Assembly (NCBI GenBank): GCA_964019335.1
Contig: OZ025735.1
Coordinates: forward strand, 124,001-188,000
DNA from: Diplonema japonicum
Lineage: Eukaryota > Protista > Euglenozoa: Diplonemea
Direction of reading: 5' to 3'
Length of the DNA: 64,000 bases
Of this stretch, positions 41,614-53,140 are shown in pieces. Within the stretch, counting starts at the first letter, position 1. Each line of letters opens with the position of its first letter. The notes below the pieces were generated by a model. That model made no database searches. It was not told the DNA's origin and was given only the letters and a program-made list of their open reading frames with translations. A program made the translations under genes and the position numbers.

Positions 41614-44574
41614 ATGTCTCCGACCGACGCGGGCAGTGAGTCGGGCATCTTACAAGGCAATGTCTCGATACCGGAGGGGAAGGGGAAGGCCTTGGAGGTG
41701 TTGAAAGAGAACATACACGAGAACACGTTCGTGATGCTGCAGACAGTCGCACACGACAGGTTGATGGACCTACTAGAGGAGGTCGATGTCACCACGCCCT
41801 TCGCCGGTGACGTGGAATATTTGACAGTCTTGGAGCTTGGACTAGTGGCAAGGTACCAGGCATATGCTTGCAAGGTGGGGTCGTTATCCGCAGTGATTGT
41901 TCAGGAGATGGCGGAGCTGAAGGTTCGGACAAGGGTGTTGACCTGTGCAATGCAGTTCCTTCGGGATCTTATCGCGAGCATTGTGAATCTTCGCTTGAAG
42001 CAGACGAAGAAGAAGCCTGTTGCGCTTCGTCTTTGTGAGGCTCTGAAGCTCAGCCCATGCGAGATCCGCGCCTTTCTATTCCTCCTCGTGTGTCACGGGG
42101 GTGTTGATTTCCGCACCTTCACAGACGTTCGCCCCACTGCATCTTCCATGGCAAAGTTCGCTGGCATGAACTCCCACGAGTTCGCCGCCTTCCTCGGTGA
42201 AGAACGCATCCACTTCAAGCAGGGCCTCCTCGGTTCCACCGATTCCCGCCTCAAGCGAGTTTCCACACAGTCCGTTCTCAAAATGCCCGAAGAAGTCGTC
42301 GCTGCTCTTTACCTTGTCAAACTCACAGAGACAGCATTCCTGAAGCTTGACAAAACGTGTCTTTCGGAGTTGATACAGGAAGAGGGGTTGGTGGAGATGT
42401 CGGGGATGGAAGAGGTGGAAGGTGATCCAGCGGGTGAGGATGAAAACGATGAAGAAGAAGTTGAGGAAGCAGAAGAAACCGAACAGCAAGGCAAACGGAA
42501 GAGAAAGACCAGCCCGTCCGGCAGCAAGGTGAGAAAAACCGACGAGAAGGAAACACCCGCGGCCACAGTAACCACAACAACGACAACAACAACCCCCACG
42601 GAGGACGTGGCGAGCCCGCAGCCTGCGGACCCGCAGGAGAGGGGAGCCACCCCTTCACCAGCTTCTATCCTACCCGAAGAAGAGGGAGTCTGCTTGCCGA
42701 GTTGGAAGCCCACAATCGAATCAGGGCTTATTGTATCAAGCACCGGAGCTATCTCATTGGACATTGGTGCGTACACACACGACTTACAGTACTTGGATGA
42801 CGTTTTCAAACTGCTGTCGACGCAAATCAGACTTCGAACCACCGAGTCAGACATGAAGGACGATGACCCTGAAATGCTTGTGACGCCGAAATCCAAGCAA
42901 GAAGCCCAACTGAGGGAGCTGAAGGGAAGGGAGCGCATGCTGAAGCTTCGGATCGAGAAGCGAATGGTCAAGACTCGGGCGACGGGCGGGAAGCTCCCGC
43001 GGATGGAACAGCTTCAGAAAAATCGGGGTTTTTCAAACTTCGAAAAAATGGTGCTCCTCCTCCTAGTGGGGAACATCATGTCACACGATGTACTCATTGC
43101 GGCCAACGGGAAATACGTAATGAGGGGCGACGCACAACGGGAATGCACGGTGGGGTACTTGGTATATAATAATCCAGGGGAAAAAAAAAAAAAAAAGAAA
43201 AAAAAAAGGGAAAAAAAAAAACACAGTTGTACGTCTTATGTGAATCTCTGGAGGAAAGGGTTCTGAGGAGGAAAATCTTCTACAAAGACTCACCTTTATT
43301 GAAAGACGGGCTGCTGACGGTGAACAGCAAATCCTACGGTGCGTGCGACCTCATGGAGTGTACTGTTGACATCGATCGTCGAATGGTGGACAACCTGATG
43401 GGCCTCGACACCGAGTTCAGTGAAATCGTGGAAGGCAGTCACCTGTACACGTCAAAGGTCCACCTTGACAATGTGATCCTCCCCAAGGACCACAAGGAAC
43501 TGATCCTAAGCACCATTACCAACTACGATGCCTTTCAACGATGCAAAAAAAGAGTTGGTCTCGAAGAGATTGTTTCGTACGGGAATGGGTTGGTGCTTCT
43601 CTTCTACGGGCCGTCTGGAACGGGTAAGACGATGCTTGCCAACGCCATTGCGCATCAGATGAAGAAGAAGATGTTGTTGGTGTCCTTGCAACAGGTGAAA
43701 TCCAGCGGGAGATCCCCAGAGCTTCTGAGATTCGTATTCAGAGAAGCGAAGCTCAACGACGCAGTGGTGTTTTTCGATGAGTGTGATAGTTTTTTTGAAA
43801 GCCGTGAATCGAACCCCGTAATCCCTGCTCTGCTTCAAGAGCTTGAGAAATACAGCGGAATGATGATTCTTGCGACCAATAAAGCACATGCCTTAGACGA
43901 GGCGATGAACAGAAGAATCACCTTAGCTGTTGAGTTCCACGCCCCAGACCACCAAATGCGTTGCGAAATATGGAAACGGCACATCCCCGCCACCTTGAGA
44001 GTTGCAGACAACGTTGACTGGGCTGCACTTGCGACGGACTACGAACTTTCGGGCGGGCTCATCAAGAACGCTCTCCTCACATCCCTTTCCAACGCTGTTG
44101 CAAGGGAAAAAGGAAACGAAGACCCGACCCTCCGGATGGAAGATTTCACGCAAGGAGCCAAAACCCAGCTTCGATCCTTCTTCAACAAGGTATTTTTTTT
44201 TTTTGGGGGGAAAAAAAAAAAAAAAAAAAAAAAAAAGGATTTAAACCAACCTAATCAAATTATCCCTAAACGCTCGCTTGAGGACTGCATCTACGATGAC
44301 GTGACAAGGGCGAAGGTCCTTGAGATCATTCAAGTCTACAAGGGGAAGAAGCATATTCAGAGCATGTGGGGCTTTGCTGAGGTGTGACAATGCAAGGAAA
44401 AAAAAAAAAAAAAACAATCACAGTCTGAGGTCGGGGAAATGAACAGTACCATCTTGCTATACGGGCCATCAGGCGTGGGGAAATCATTGGCAGCAGAGGC
44501 AGTGGGTTACGAATGCGGGCATGTGATACGTGTGATCAACACCAGGACTTTGAAACTCGGGAGAACAGGCTTGG

Positions 44575-44609
<35 letters not shown>

Positions 44610-45120
44610 CAAGGGGGGAATGAAAAAAAAAAAAAAATAGATTTTCGAGCAAGTTAACAGTGCAGGCGCGATTCTTGTTCTTGACGAAGCTCAGGATTTA
44701 CTGAACTACAGCACTGAAAGCAAGCAGATGTTAGAGCTTCTTCACTACCATGCTAAGAAGTGTATACGTCCCGTGTTGGTCATCGCTCGCACAGAGGCAG
44801 AGGAGACACTAGACCCAGTGGCTGCAGGCTTGCGAGTCTACCGGTGTATCAAATTCGGGTTACAAAATTCGAAGCTTCGAGAACAACACTGGAAAAAGGC
44901 GTTCACAGAAAGCAGCCCAGTGGACCCCTCCGTGGATTTCAAGGAAATCTCTCAGCGGTTGATGTCCCCTGGCGCCATAAGGAATGCTGTTTATTTTGCG
45001 GCGTGCAAGGCCAGCATGCTGCCGCCTCCACAGCGTGTTATCACAAACAAACTCATTAAAGAGGCCATCGAAGAGGTATTCAGTCTGGCGCAGCGAACCA
45101 GGCAGGATATCTATAGCTGA
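41614..45120 (+). CDS. AAA+ ATPase with two ATPase modules and N-terminal helical domains, 1096 aa
   Basis: GPSGTGKT/VFFDE/ATN/RRI and GPSGVGKS/LVLDE. Introns 43162-43226, 44190-44237, 44382-44423 and 44580-44640 give one continuous frame. Confidence 0.9.
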
Positions 45121-45150
45121 AAATATTCTTTAAAAAAAAAGAGAATTTTG

Positions 45151-45191
<41 letters not shown>

Positions 45192-45716
45192 AGTACAGAA
45201 GGAAGTGTTTTGCATGCACACCGGGGGGGGGGAAGAAAAAAAGAATGGAAGAAAAGAAAAGAAAAAAAAAGTGTGCCTGCCTGTGGGATCTATTTGTTTG
45301 GGGGAGTTTAGAAAGTGAGTGAACAAAAGAGATATCATGGAATGCTATATTTTTATCAAGAAAAAAAAAAGGGGGAGGGAATGGAGAAAAATTCTTTTTC
45401 TTTTTTTTTTCTTCTTCCTTTTCGCTTTTTTTTCCCCCTCTTTTTTATAAAGAAAAAGCAAGAGGTACCCTGGGGAAGGGAAATGGCAACAGAACAAACA
45501 AGAACAAAAGGGGAGGGTCCTTCCCCTCCACCCCCATCGCCAGTTCCACCATCATGGGGAGTTCCCCCCCCCTTTCTTTTTGCCCTTTTTTATTTGTCTC
45601 TTGCTTTCTCTTTTCGTAATCTTCTTCCATGGCTTAATTTCCCCCCCACTCTCCCCTATCATTAATAATCATTCTAACACCACAACACAGATTCAAAAAA
45701 AAAAAAAAAAAAAGAA

Positions 45717-47549
45717 ATGCAGCCAAGCTCCCCACGCACAACTGAAGACCCAGACCTTCAAAACCCACCCGCGTCTGTGACAGAAACAATGGTGACAAGC
45801 CAAGCGTCCTCAATGCTGCATGCATCGCAGCAAAGGGAGTTATTGGCACCTCCGTATAACCCGTACTTAACTACAGTGGGAGAAGGAGATGCTAGTGAGG
45901 GAACTGCCATGAATATGACGAGAGAAGAGCTGATTCAGGAAGAGGAGGAAGAGCCCGAGGAAGAAGAAGAAAGCGTTTTCTCCGGCCGCGACGAAATGGA
46001 GGTCCTTGAAAAGCACGTCCAATCGCTGCTCAACCCGCACGACACCAGGGACGTCCTGCTCCGTCTCGCAGGGTGTACAGTCCTCTCAATTCTTCTGATA
46101 GTCCTTATCGTGTCGGTGTCGGACTTATCAGACAAAAACGAAAGAATCAGGTCTGAAGGAACACGCGTCACTGTCGCTGCAACCTGTGCAACAAGATTAC
46201 CGGAACACATAGCCCCATCATGGGGGATTGATAAAAAACTCCACCCTGCACTGTCCGTCGACGTTGGTTTAGCTGACATCATAGCTCTGTCACCGTTCTT
46301 AACGTCAAACGCCGGTATTCTAAGCAGCGTGAAAGGGACATCCGAGCTTCCCCCGCTTCCTTCCAAAACTATCATAATCGCCTCAAGCGACCCAGCAAGG
46401 TCCGAAGTGGGGTTCGCTGTAAGCTCGCACGGTAATACCGGGTTTCAAAATCGGTACAGTTTCGCGTTGAACCACGATGACATCCTAGCCATACAAGCAC
46501 ATGGTGTCCAGCAGCATTCTGGTGAATGGGACGTTCTAGTGATTTTCACGCAGAACGGTACGTTGCAAGCGTCCACGGTGTCGATAAGATCAGACGGCAC
46601 ACTGAACGTGAACCAACCCGTGGTGTTCTTGGGTAAAGGAGCGGACGATTTCTTCTCCGCTGTGTACTTAAAGGAGCTTCCGTTACGGTACGTGGTTGTG
46701 GTGGGGGTGAACGGGGTGTGTGAGTACCATGTACTGGAGGCGTCGTCGACCAACCACCTGAGCGAGCTTTTCTCAAGGGTTTCAAGCCACGCATTGTGCG
46801 CGCAAGGAAACCGTGTGGAAACATCCCCGATAGGACCGGACGCGTTCATCATCCTTACAAACACTGTTGTTCTCCACACCACCGTCACCTCACAGTTCAT
46901 CGTTGAAAAGAACGGTGCGTCCGTGCAATGCGTAGACGGCTTGGTATCGCTAGTAACGGACACGGCAGCTGTAGTGGTCTGTTCCGATCTGCAAACGTAT
47001 TTGTTGGGGTTCGAGGGTGGGTTTTTGACGGTGTTGCCCGTGTTTAACAGCCCGCCTCAGGTCGGGTTCAAACCCGTTTCTCTGTACAAGATTTCCGCCC
47101 ATGAAGCCCTCGTTATAGGAAGGTTTCAAAAAGGCTCTTTTTATACAGCACATAAGATTTTCATCGACAGTGTTACAAACGGTGTGTTTGTCAGCGATAT
47201 TGTGCGGTTGGGGCTGCAAACCTCGCTTGTTTCAGTTGGTGTCCATGGGTCTGTGTTCGCGCTGTTGAACGGAGTCAGCGAGGAGCTTCATTTCTACCCC
47301 CTGACGTGGGTCGGTGGGCTTCGAACAGCCGGGGTGACCCTTCGTGCTTGTGAGGCGGGGGGCAACACAGACCTGATTGTCCAAGGGGTTTTAACAGCCC
47401 CCCCTCGAGACGCTGTTCTACCTGGATACCCTATCTTTGCTGACGGGAAAGGCTTGTTGACATCAGCAGTTCCCGAAGCGGCCTTGTACCGTGCACTTGG
47501 ACGATCCTTGTCTGACGAGGTGGTGTTCATCGACGTCGTCACACGGTGA
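45717..47549 (+). CDS. Single-pass (type II) membrane protein with beta-rich ectodomain, 610 aa
   Basis: Acidic N-terminus, one TM segment (LAGCTVLSILLIVLIVSV), V/S/T-rich remainder. Confidence 0.82.
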   Translation: MQPSSPRTTEDPDLQNPPASVTETMVTSQASSMLHASQQRELLAPPYNPYLTTVGEGDASEGTAMNMTREELIQEEEEEPEEEEESVFSGRDEMEVLEKHVQSLLNPHDTRDVLLRLAGCTVLSILLIVLIVSVSDLSDKNERIRSEGTRVTVAATCATRLPEHIAPSWGIDKKLHPALSVDVGLADIIALSPFLTSNAGILSSVKGTSELPPLPSKTIIIASSDPARSEVGFAVSSHGNTGFQNRYSFALNHDDILAIQAHGVQQHSGEWDVLVIFTQNGTLQASTVSIRSDGTLNVNQPVVFLGKGADDFFSAVYLKELPLRYVVVVGVNGVCEYHVLEASSTNHLSELFSRVSSHALCAQGNRVETSPIGPDAFIILTNTVVLHTTVTSQFIVEKNGASVQCVDGLVSLVTDTAAVVVCSDLQTYLLGFEGGFLTVLPVFNSPPQVGFKPVSLYKISAHEALVIGRFQKGSFYTAHKIFIDSVTNGVFVSDIVRLGLQTSLVSVGVHGSVFALLNGVSEELHFYPLTWVGGLRTAGVTLRACEAGGNTDLIVQGVLTAPPRDAVLPGYPIFADGKGLLTSAVPEAALYRALGRSLSDEVVFIDVVTR

Positions 47550-47944
47550 GCAGAAAGAAAAAAAAAAAAAATACTTTTTGTTTTTTCCTTTTTTTTTTGA
47601 AAACTGTATGCATTTTTTTCCCCCACCTTCCTCTGCCTTGTTTGTGTGCCGGGTCGAGGGGGGAGGTGGACGGTCCTCATTTGGGACTTTTTCTCGTTTT
47701 TTTACTCTATCTATTATTTACACTAATCGGAATACAACACGTTATAACACCACCCCCCCCCCTTTTTTTTTCCCCGAAACGAAACGATAAAAAAAGAAAA
47801 TATCTGTGTGCAAAAAAAAAAGGGGGGAGAAAAAAAACCTTGGTGTGTCGAGTTGTTGTATCTTCCTCCCTCTCCCTCCCTGTTTTTTTTTTTTCTTCTT
47901 CCAAATCCCTCTCAAAAAAAAAAAAAAAAAAAAAGGGGGGGGAA

Positions 47945-50900
47945 ATGTCGAGAAGAAGAGATTGGGGTGCGGGAGAGTTCGGGACGTCCTCTACCGTTGC
48001 AGGGGCAACAAGAGAATCTGAAGGGGAGATCAGCGGTTGGCATGTATGCGAAAATGGCGTTCCGATGGGCTCTGACAACCATGTGAACGAAGCGCTCTTC
48101 GCTCTCAGCAACGGCTATATTGGGATACGAGGCACCTTCGAGGAAGGCTACGACGGCCCCAAAGACGCCAAGGGCAACGTTCCTTCAGAACAAGGCATCT
48201 TCATCAACGGATTCTACGAAGGCCACGTAATCAAGTACCCTGAGGTCGGCTACGGCCAAGCCGAGACCGACAGCGTCATGCTCAACGTCATCAACTCCAA
48301 GATTATCACGATGACGGTTGACGGCGAACCCTTCTCAATGTGGGGAAAAGGATCTTTAACCGACTACCACCGTGAACTGAACCTCCAAGAGGGCACGCTA
48401 ACAAGAAGCTTGACATGGTCATCTCCAGCGGGCAAAAAAGTCCGCTTGGAGACAACAAGAGTCGTACCGTTGAAGGAAACCCGCAAACATATTTTCTTCC
48501 AAGAGTACAATGTGACTCCCTTGTCTGATGACATTAAGGAAATCACGATTTCATCTGACATGGATGGGCAGGTCACGAACAAACCGCAGTCGAAGGATCC
48601 TCGTGTGGGTGCGGGGTTCTCGGGGCAGGTTCTGAAAATGGTGGAGAGGAAGTGTGAAGACGGTGATTTTTCATACATTAAATCGCAAACATCATTCTCC
48701 GAACTGGATATGATCTGCGCCATGTCGAACAAGTGCAACGTGGATGGGGTTCCAACAACACCTGAATGCAAGCTTGTCGACGCACAAAAGATTTCACACA
48801 AGTTCACCATCGTCAACCCCTCCAAGGACAAGCCTATTAAACTCACAAAGATCGTTTCCTACGCCACCACGCAAGGGTTAAACGGTTCGGGGCACTCTGT
48901 CGACGATTTAATCCCAGTGGCGAAAACTCACCTCGACGCCGCTATCAAATCAGGTGTCGCGCACCTCAAAACCGAACAAATAGAATTCCTCGCGGATTTC
49001 TACGACTCCGGCGACATTGTGATCGAAGGAGACGATCTCCTTCAGCAAGGGATGCGGTTCAACATATTCCACCTTGTCCAAGCCGTGGGTCGAGATGGTA
49101 TGACCAACATAGGCGCAAAAGGTATAACCGGTGAGGGCTACTGCGGGCATTACTTCTGGGACACTGAAATCTACATTCTCCCGTTTTTCCTATACACGAA
49201 ACCAGAAATCGCCAGGAAACTTGTCTCGTTCCGCGTCTCGACTCTCGACAAAGCAAGAGAGCGTGCGAAACAACTGGGCGGGATCAACAAGGGCGCTCTG
49301 TACCCGTGGAGGACAATTCATGGGGAAGAATGCAGCTCGTACTTCCCGGCTGGAACCGCTCAGCTTCATATCAACGCTGATATTGCGTGGGCGTTCAAAC
49401 ACTACTTCGAGGCCACGAACGACACTGAACTTCTCATCAATGGTGGGGCTGAAATGCTGTTTGAAATGGCAAGATTTTGGTTAGAGTACGGATCATGGTC
49501 ACCAGGCGGGCACTTCCAACTCCACTGTGTAACTGGACCCGACGAGTACACCGCACTTGTCAACAACAACTACTACACCAACGTCATGGTGCAGGATGCC
49601 CTGAACTACGCGGTCAACACAGCGGAGCTTTTAAAACACGAGCATGCTGAGGAGTACAAATTGCTTTGCGAGAAGATCGGTCTTACCAATGACGAGCTCA
49701 CCGCAATGCAAGAAGCCGCTGACAAAATGTTCCTTCCTTACGATAAGTTCATCGGTGTCCACCCGCAAGACGATTCGTTCCTTCAAAAGAAGGAATGGGA
49801 CTTTGAAAACACGCCCCACGACAAGTACCCATTATTGCTCCACTTCCACTACCTGATCATCTATAAGTACAAGGTTATCAAACAGGCGGATCTTGTACTG
49901 GCGTTGCTTCTTCAAGGACAACAGTTCACCGACAAGGAAAAGAAACTAAACTTCGACTACTACGAACCATTAACGACACACGACAGCAGCCTGTCCACCG
50001 CAGTGTACTCTGTCATGGCTGCCGAGATCGGTTACTACCAAAAGGCGTACAACTACTTCAAATGCACGGCGAGAATGGATCTTGACAACATCCACCACAA
50101 CTCTCAAAACGGTATACACACCGCCTGCATGGCGGGGACATGGATGTGCGTTGTAAGAGGCTTTGCCGGGTACAGAATCTACAAGGGCGTCATGCATCTA
50201 AACCCGTACCTCCCCCAAGAATGGAACGGATACAAATTCTGCCTGTCCTACCACGGGGCTGTCCTCGAGGTCCGCGTCAACAAGAGAAGCGTTGTGTACA
50301 CTTGCAAAAAAGGTGCCAGGGTTAACTTCGTGCACGCGAACACGCAGAAGGTGTACCTTAAGGAGGGCAAGTCGAAGGAGTTGTACTTGAAGGACAAGTT
50401 TGAAGATCTGACATCGTTGAACTTCGATTCAGTCGTTATTGACATCGATGCCGCCATCCCGAAGATCCAAAGAGCGCACTACGAGTCATGGCACGAGGTC
50501 CTGTTGGGGCTGAACCTCGGCACAGAGTTCACCGTTTGCGACTACAAAAAATTCCTGATGAACCAGATCGGAACCCACAGATACGCCGGTTTGGAGCTGT
50601 ACCTTAACGAACAAGGTGTTACCATACCGTTTGGAAAGTCTCACGACGCACCAGGAACGCAGAGCCTGTGGGCTCTCGGGAACAAAAAGACAGAGGTTAT
50701 GAAGCGCATGATGGACGAAGACCCCCCTTCGGCATCCTCCACAATGGTGAAATTCGTCAAAGATCTCAAAAACGAGGGCATCAAGGTTGGGCTTGTTTCC
50801 TACAGCAAGTCCGGCGAGAAGATGATCACGCACAGCGGTCTCAAGAGGTACGTTGATGCGTACATCACAGGGAAGGACATGGGTGTGCTCGGGCTTCGTG

Positions 50901-51429
50901 GGAAGCCTCATATGGACATGTACCACCGTGTTGTCGAGCAGCTCTTCACAGACCCCAAGCGCTGCGTTGTGATCATTGACGACCCTATTGGTTTTGATCC
51001 CGAACAGATCGCCAGGTTCAAGTACAGTATCAGCTACCCTGTTACTTCGTTTGAACTGCAGGTTTGTGCGAGCGGGAAAGAATTTAAAAAAAAAAAAAAA
51101 AAAATTAAAAAAATCCAGACCGTTTGCGATCTCGACGAGCTTGAGCACGAACACCTGCACATGGGCATCTCTCGGGTCATCAAGGACCCCAGTGCCCCGC
51201 TCAATTCTGAAATAATCGACGATTGGGTGTTGGGGGTATGAATTACATAAAATATTTAAAAAAAAAAAAAAAACAGAGCGAGCCGTACGACATGAGGATT
51301 GCAAGGATCAAGAACGAGTGTCTTCGAAGAGTATGTTTTCAAGAATCCAAAAAGAAAAAAAGAAGAGAGAAGAGGGTGGGTGGGGTGGGGGGGGAACAGA
51401 AGAGAGAGAGAGAAAGAGAGAGAGTTTGA
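47945..51429 (+). CDS. GH65 glycoside phosphorylase (trehalose/maltose/kojibiose type) fused to a C-terminal HAD beta-phosphoglucomutase-like domain
   Basis: FALSNGYIGIRG, AKGITGEGYCGHYFWDTE, GALYPWRTI, TGPDEY, IKQAD, HDSSLS; then IDID, GNKK, GKPHMDMY. Introns 51062-51118 and 51236-51276, possibly also 51331-51399. Confidence 0.92.
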
Positions 51430-51458
51430 TATTTTTTTTTTCTTCTAAAGCTCGGGGG

Positions 51459-51890
51459 AAATAACTATTTATTAAATGAAAAATAAGAATGCATTATTTC
51501 ACGCGTGGCCAGGGGGTTTAACGAGTAGGGATCTTACTTCACGAGCGAAGCGAGTGTAGTAATAATTTCGAGTTAAACCCGCCACCACAAGTGAAATAAT
51601 GCACTTATTTCATTTAATATGTTGTTTTATTTAATTTATTTAATAAGAGCCGGGTTTGAAAGGGTGGGTAGTTACAGGTGCAGGGTACAGGTTACAAGAA
51701 ATCAAAAAACTATGTGCATCGCTAGAGGTGCATGTATGGTAGAATGCGGGGCCCCACTTGCAGAATCTTGGTTCTGGGAATGGGTTGCCTTATTTCTCTA
51801 TAAACTGGGAGTGAAAATAAAGTTGAGCGTGATATAAAGTGAAATATTATTTTTCACTCCCACCCTTGAAAACCCGGCTCGAATTAAATT
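51459..51890 (+). mobile_element. Non-autonomous hairpin-ended DNA element (Crypton-like architecture), copy/family B
   Basis: ~165-nt imperfect terminal hairpin 51459-51627 centred on CACGAGCGAAGCGAGTG (51540-51556). IR 51647-51668 / 51859-51880 (20/22). Terminus AAATAACTATTTATT identical to that of element A. Confidence 0.75.
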
Positions 51891-51893
51891 TTG

Positions 51894-51924
<31 letters not shown>

Positions 51925-53140
51925 GTAGTGGAAGCATGCCATGCACAAGGCAGTTGCGGTATCCCGGTTGCTGGGTGTACACCCCCATGAATGTCATGTT
52001 GATGCACAATAAATGACAAAAAAAAAAAAAAAAAAAAAGAAAAGAAAAACGACCCTCGAGTACTCATGCTAATTGAGACCCGAGAGGAGGGGGGAACAAA
52101 AGGGGAGATATAGAACAAAAAAGAAATGAAAATAAACTCCGCCTTTTGTTTTTTTTTTTTTTTTTTGTTTGCTTCTTTATTAAATGCAATGCTATCAGGC
52201 TGGCCCAAAGTGGTGAGGAGAAGATGATGAAGAAGAAAAAGAAGGGGTGGGAGGCCAAAAACACCGCAATACCGCCGATACGCCGCTTTAAGAAGTCTTA
52301 TAATTTTGTACGTCCATTTAGATGACCTTCCTCTCCCCTTCTCTCTCCTCTGTATCTCTCTATGACACCCACCTCTATCTTCCTCTTGAAGAAGAACACG
52401 AACTAGCCCTTGTTACCCTTTGAAAAGTACCACACACACAGACATCCAGCAAAATCATGCAACTTCGGCAATAATGCAGCCACTGAGGCAACCTTCGCGC
52501 GGCAAAAGCGAGCTTATCCTCTGATTCCCCGGGGTGTTGCCAAGCGCCGGTGGGGGCTCGCCGTCTCTACGTTAAACATGCTGTTGTGAACATAAAAAGG
52601 AAGACCCCCTCCTCTTTTTTTTTAAAAAGGTTTTTTTTTTTTTACACCTTTTCCCCCACACAACCCCCTTTTCTTTATTCTCTTTTTTTTTAAATGCGTG
52701 CGTGTATTTGATAGATAAGGGAAGCGAAGCAGAGTGGAAAAAAAAAAAAAAAAAAAAAAAGAGATCTGTTTCACGATACCTCTCTTAAATGCATACCCGA
52801 AGAAGAAAAAAAAAAAGAAGTGAAAAACTGAGCAGAAGACAGGGAGGGAGAGGGAGAGTTTTTTTTTTTTTTTTTTTCCCCGGCAACTTTTATTTTTCTC
52901 TTCTTACTGGCTTCTTTTCTTGGAGATGTACCACCACAACGTATTCCTTTTTTTTTTAAAAAAAGAATTTACTTCTTAATTGCTCCAAGGGGAAGAAAAA
53001 AGGGAACACCTCCCCATCCCCCTCTCCCGAATCCCCTACATACCTTCCACCCCCCCCTATTTTTTATGGTTAATCACTGTTTCAAAAAAAAACTTTTTAA
53101 AAAAAAGGAGGGTGTGGGGAGGGGTGTTCAAAAAAAAAAA

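Noticed and set aside
52440-52595. GC-richer island in a spacer (similar ones at 24850-25075 and 30940-31070)
   Set aside because: No ORF, repeat or fold that I can support; possibly decayed gene or element remnants.
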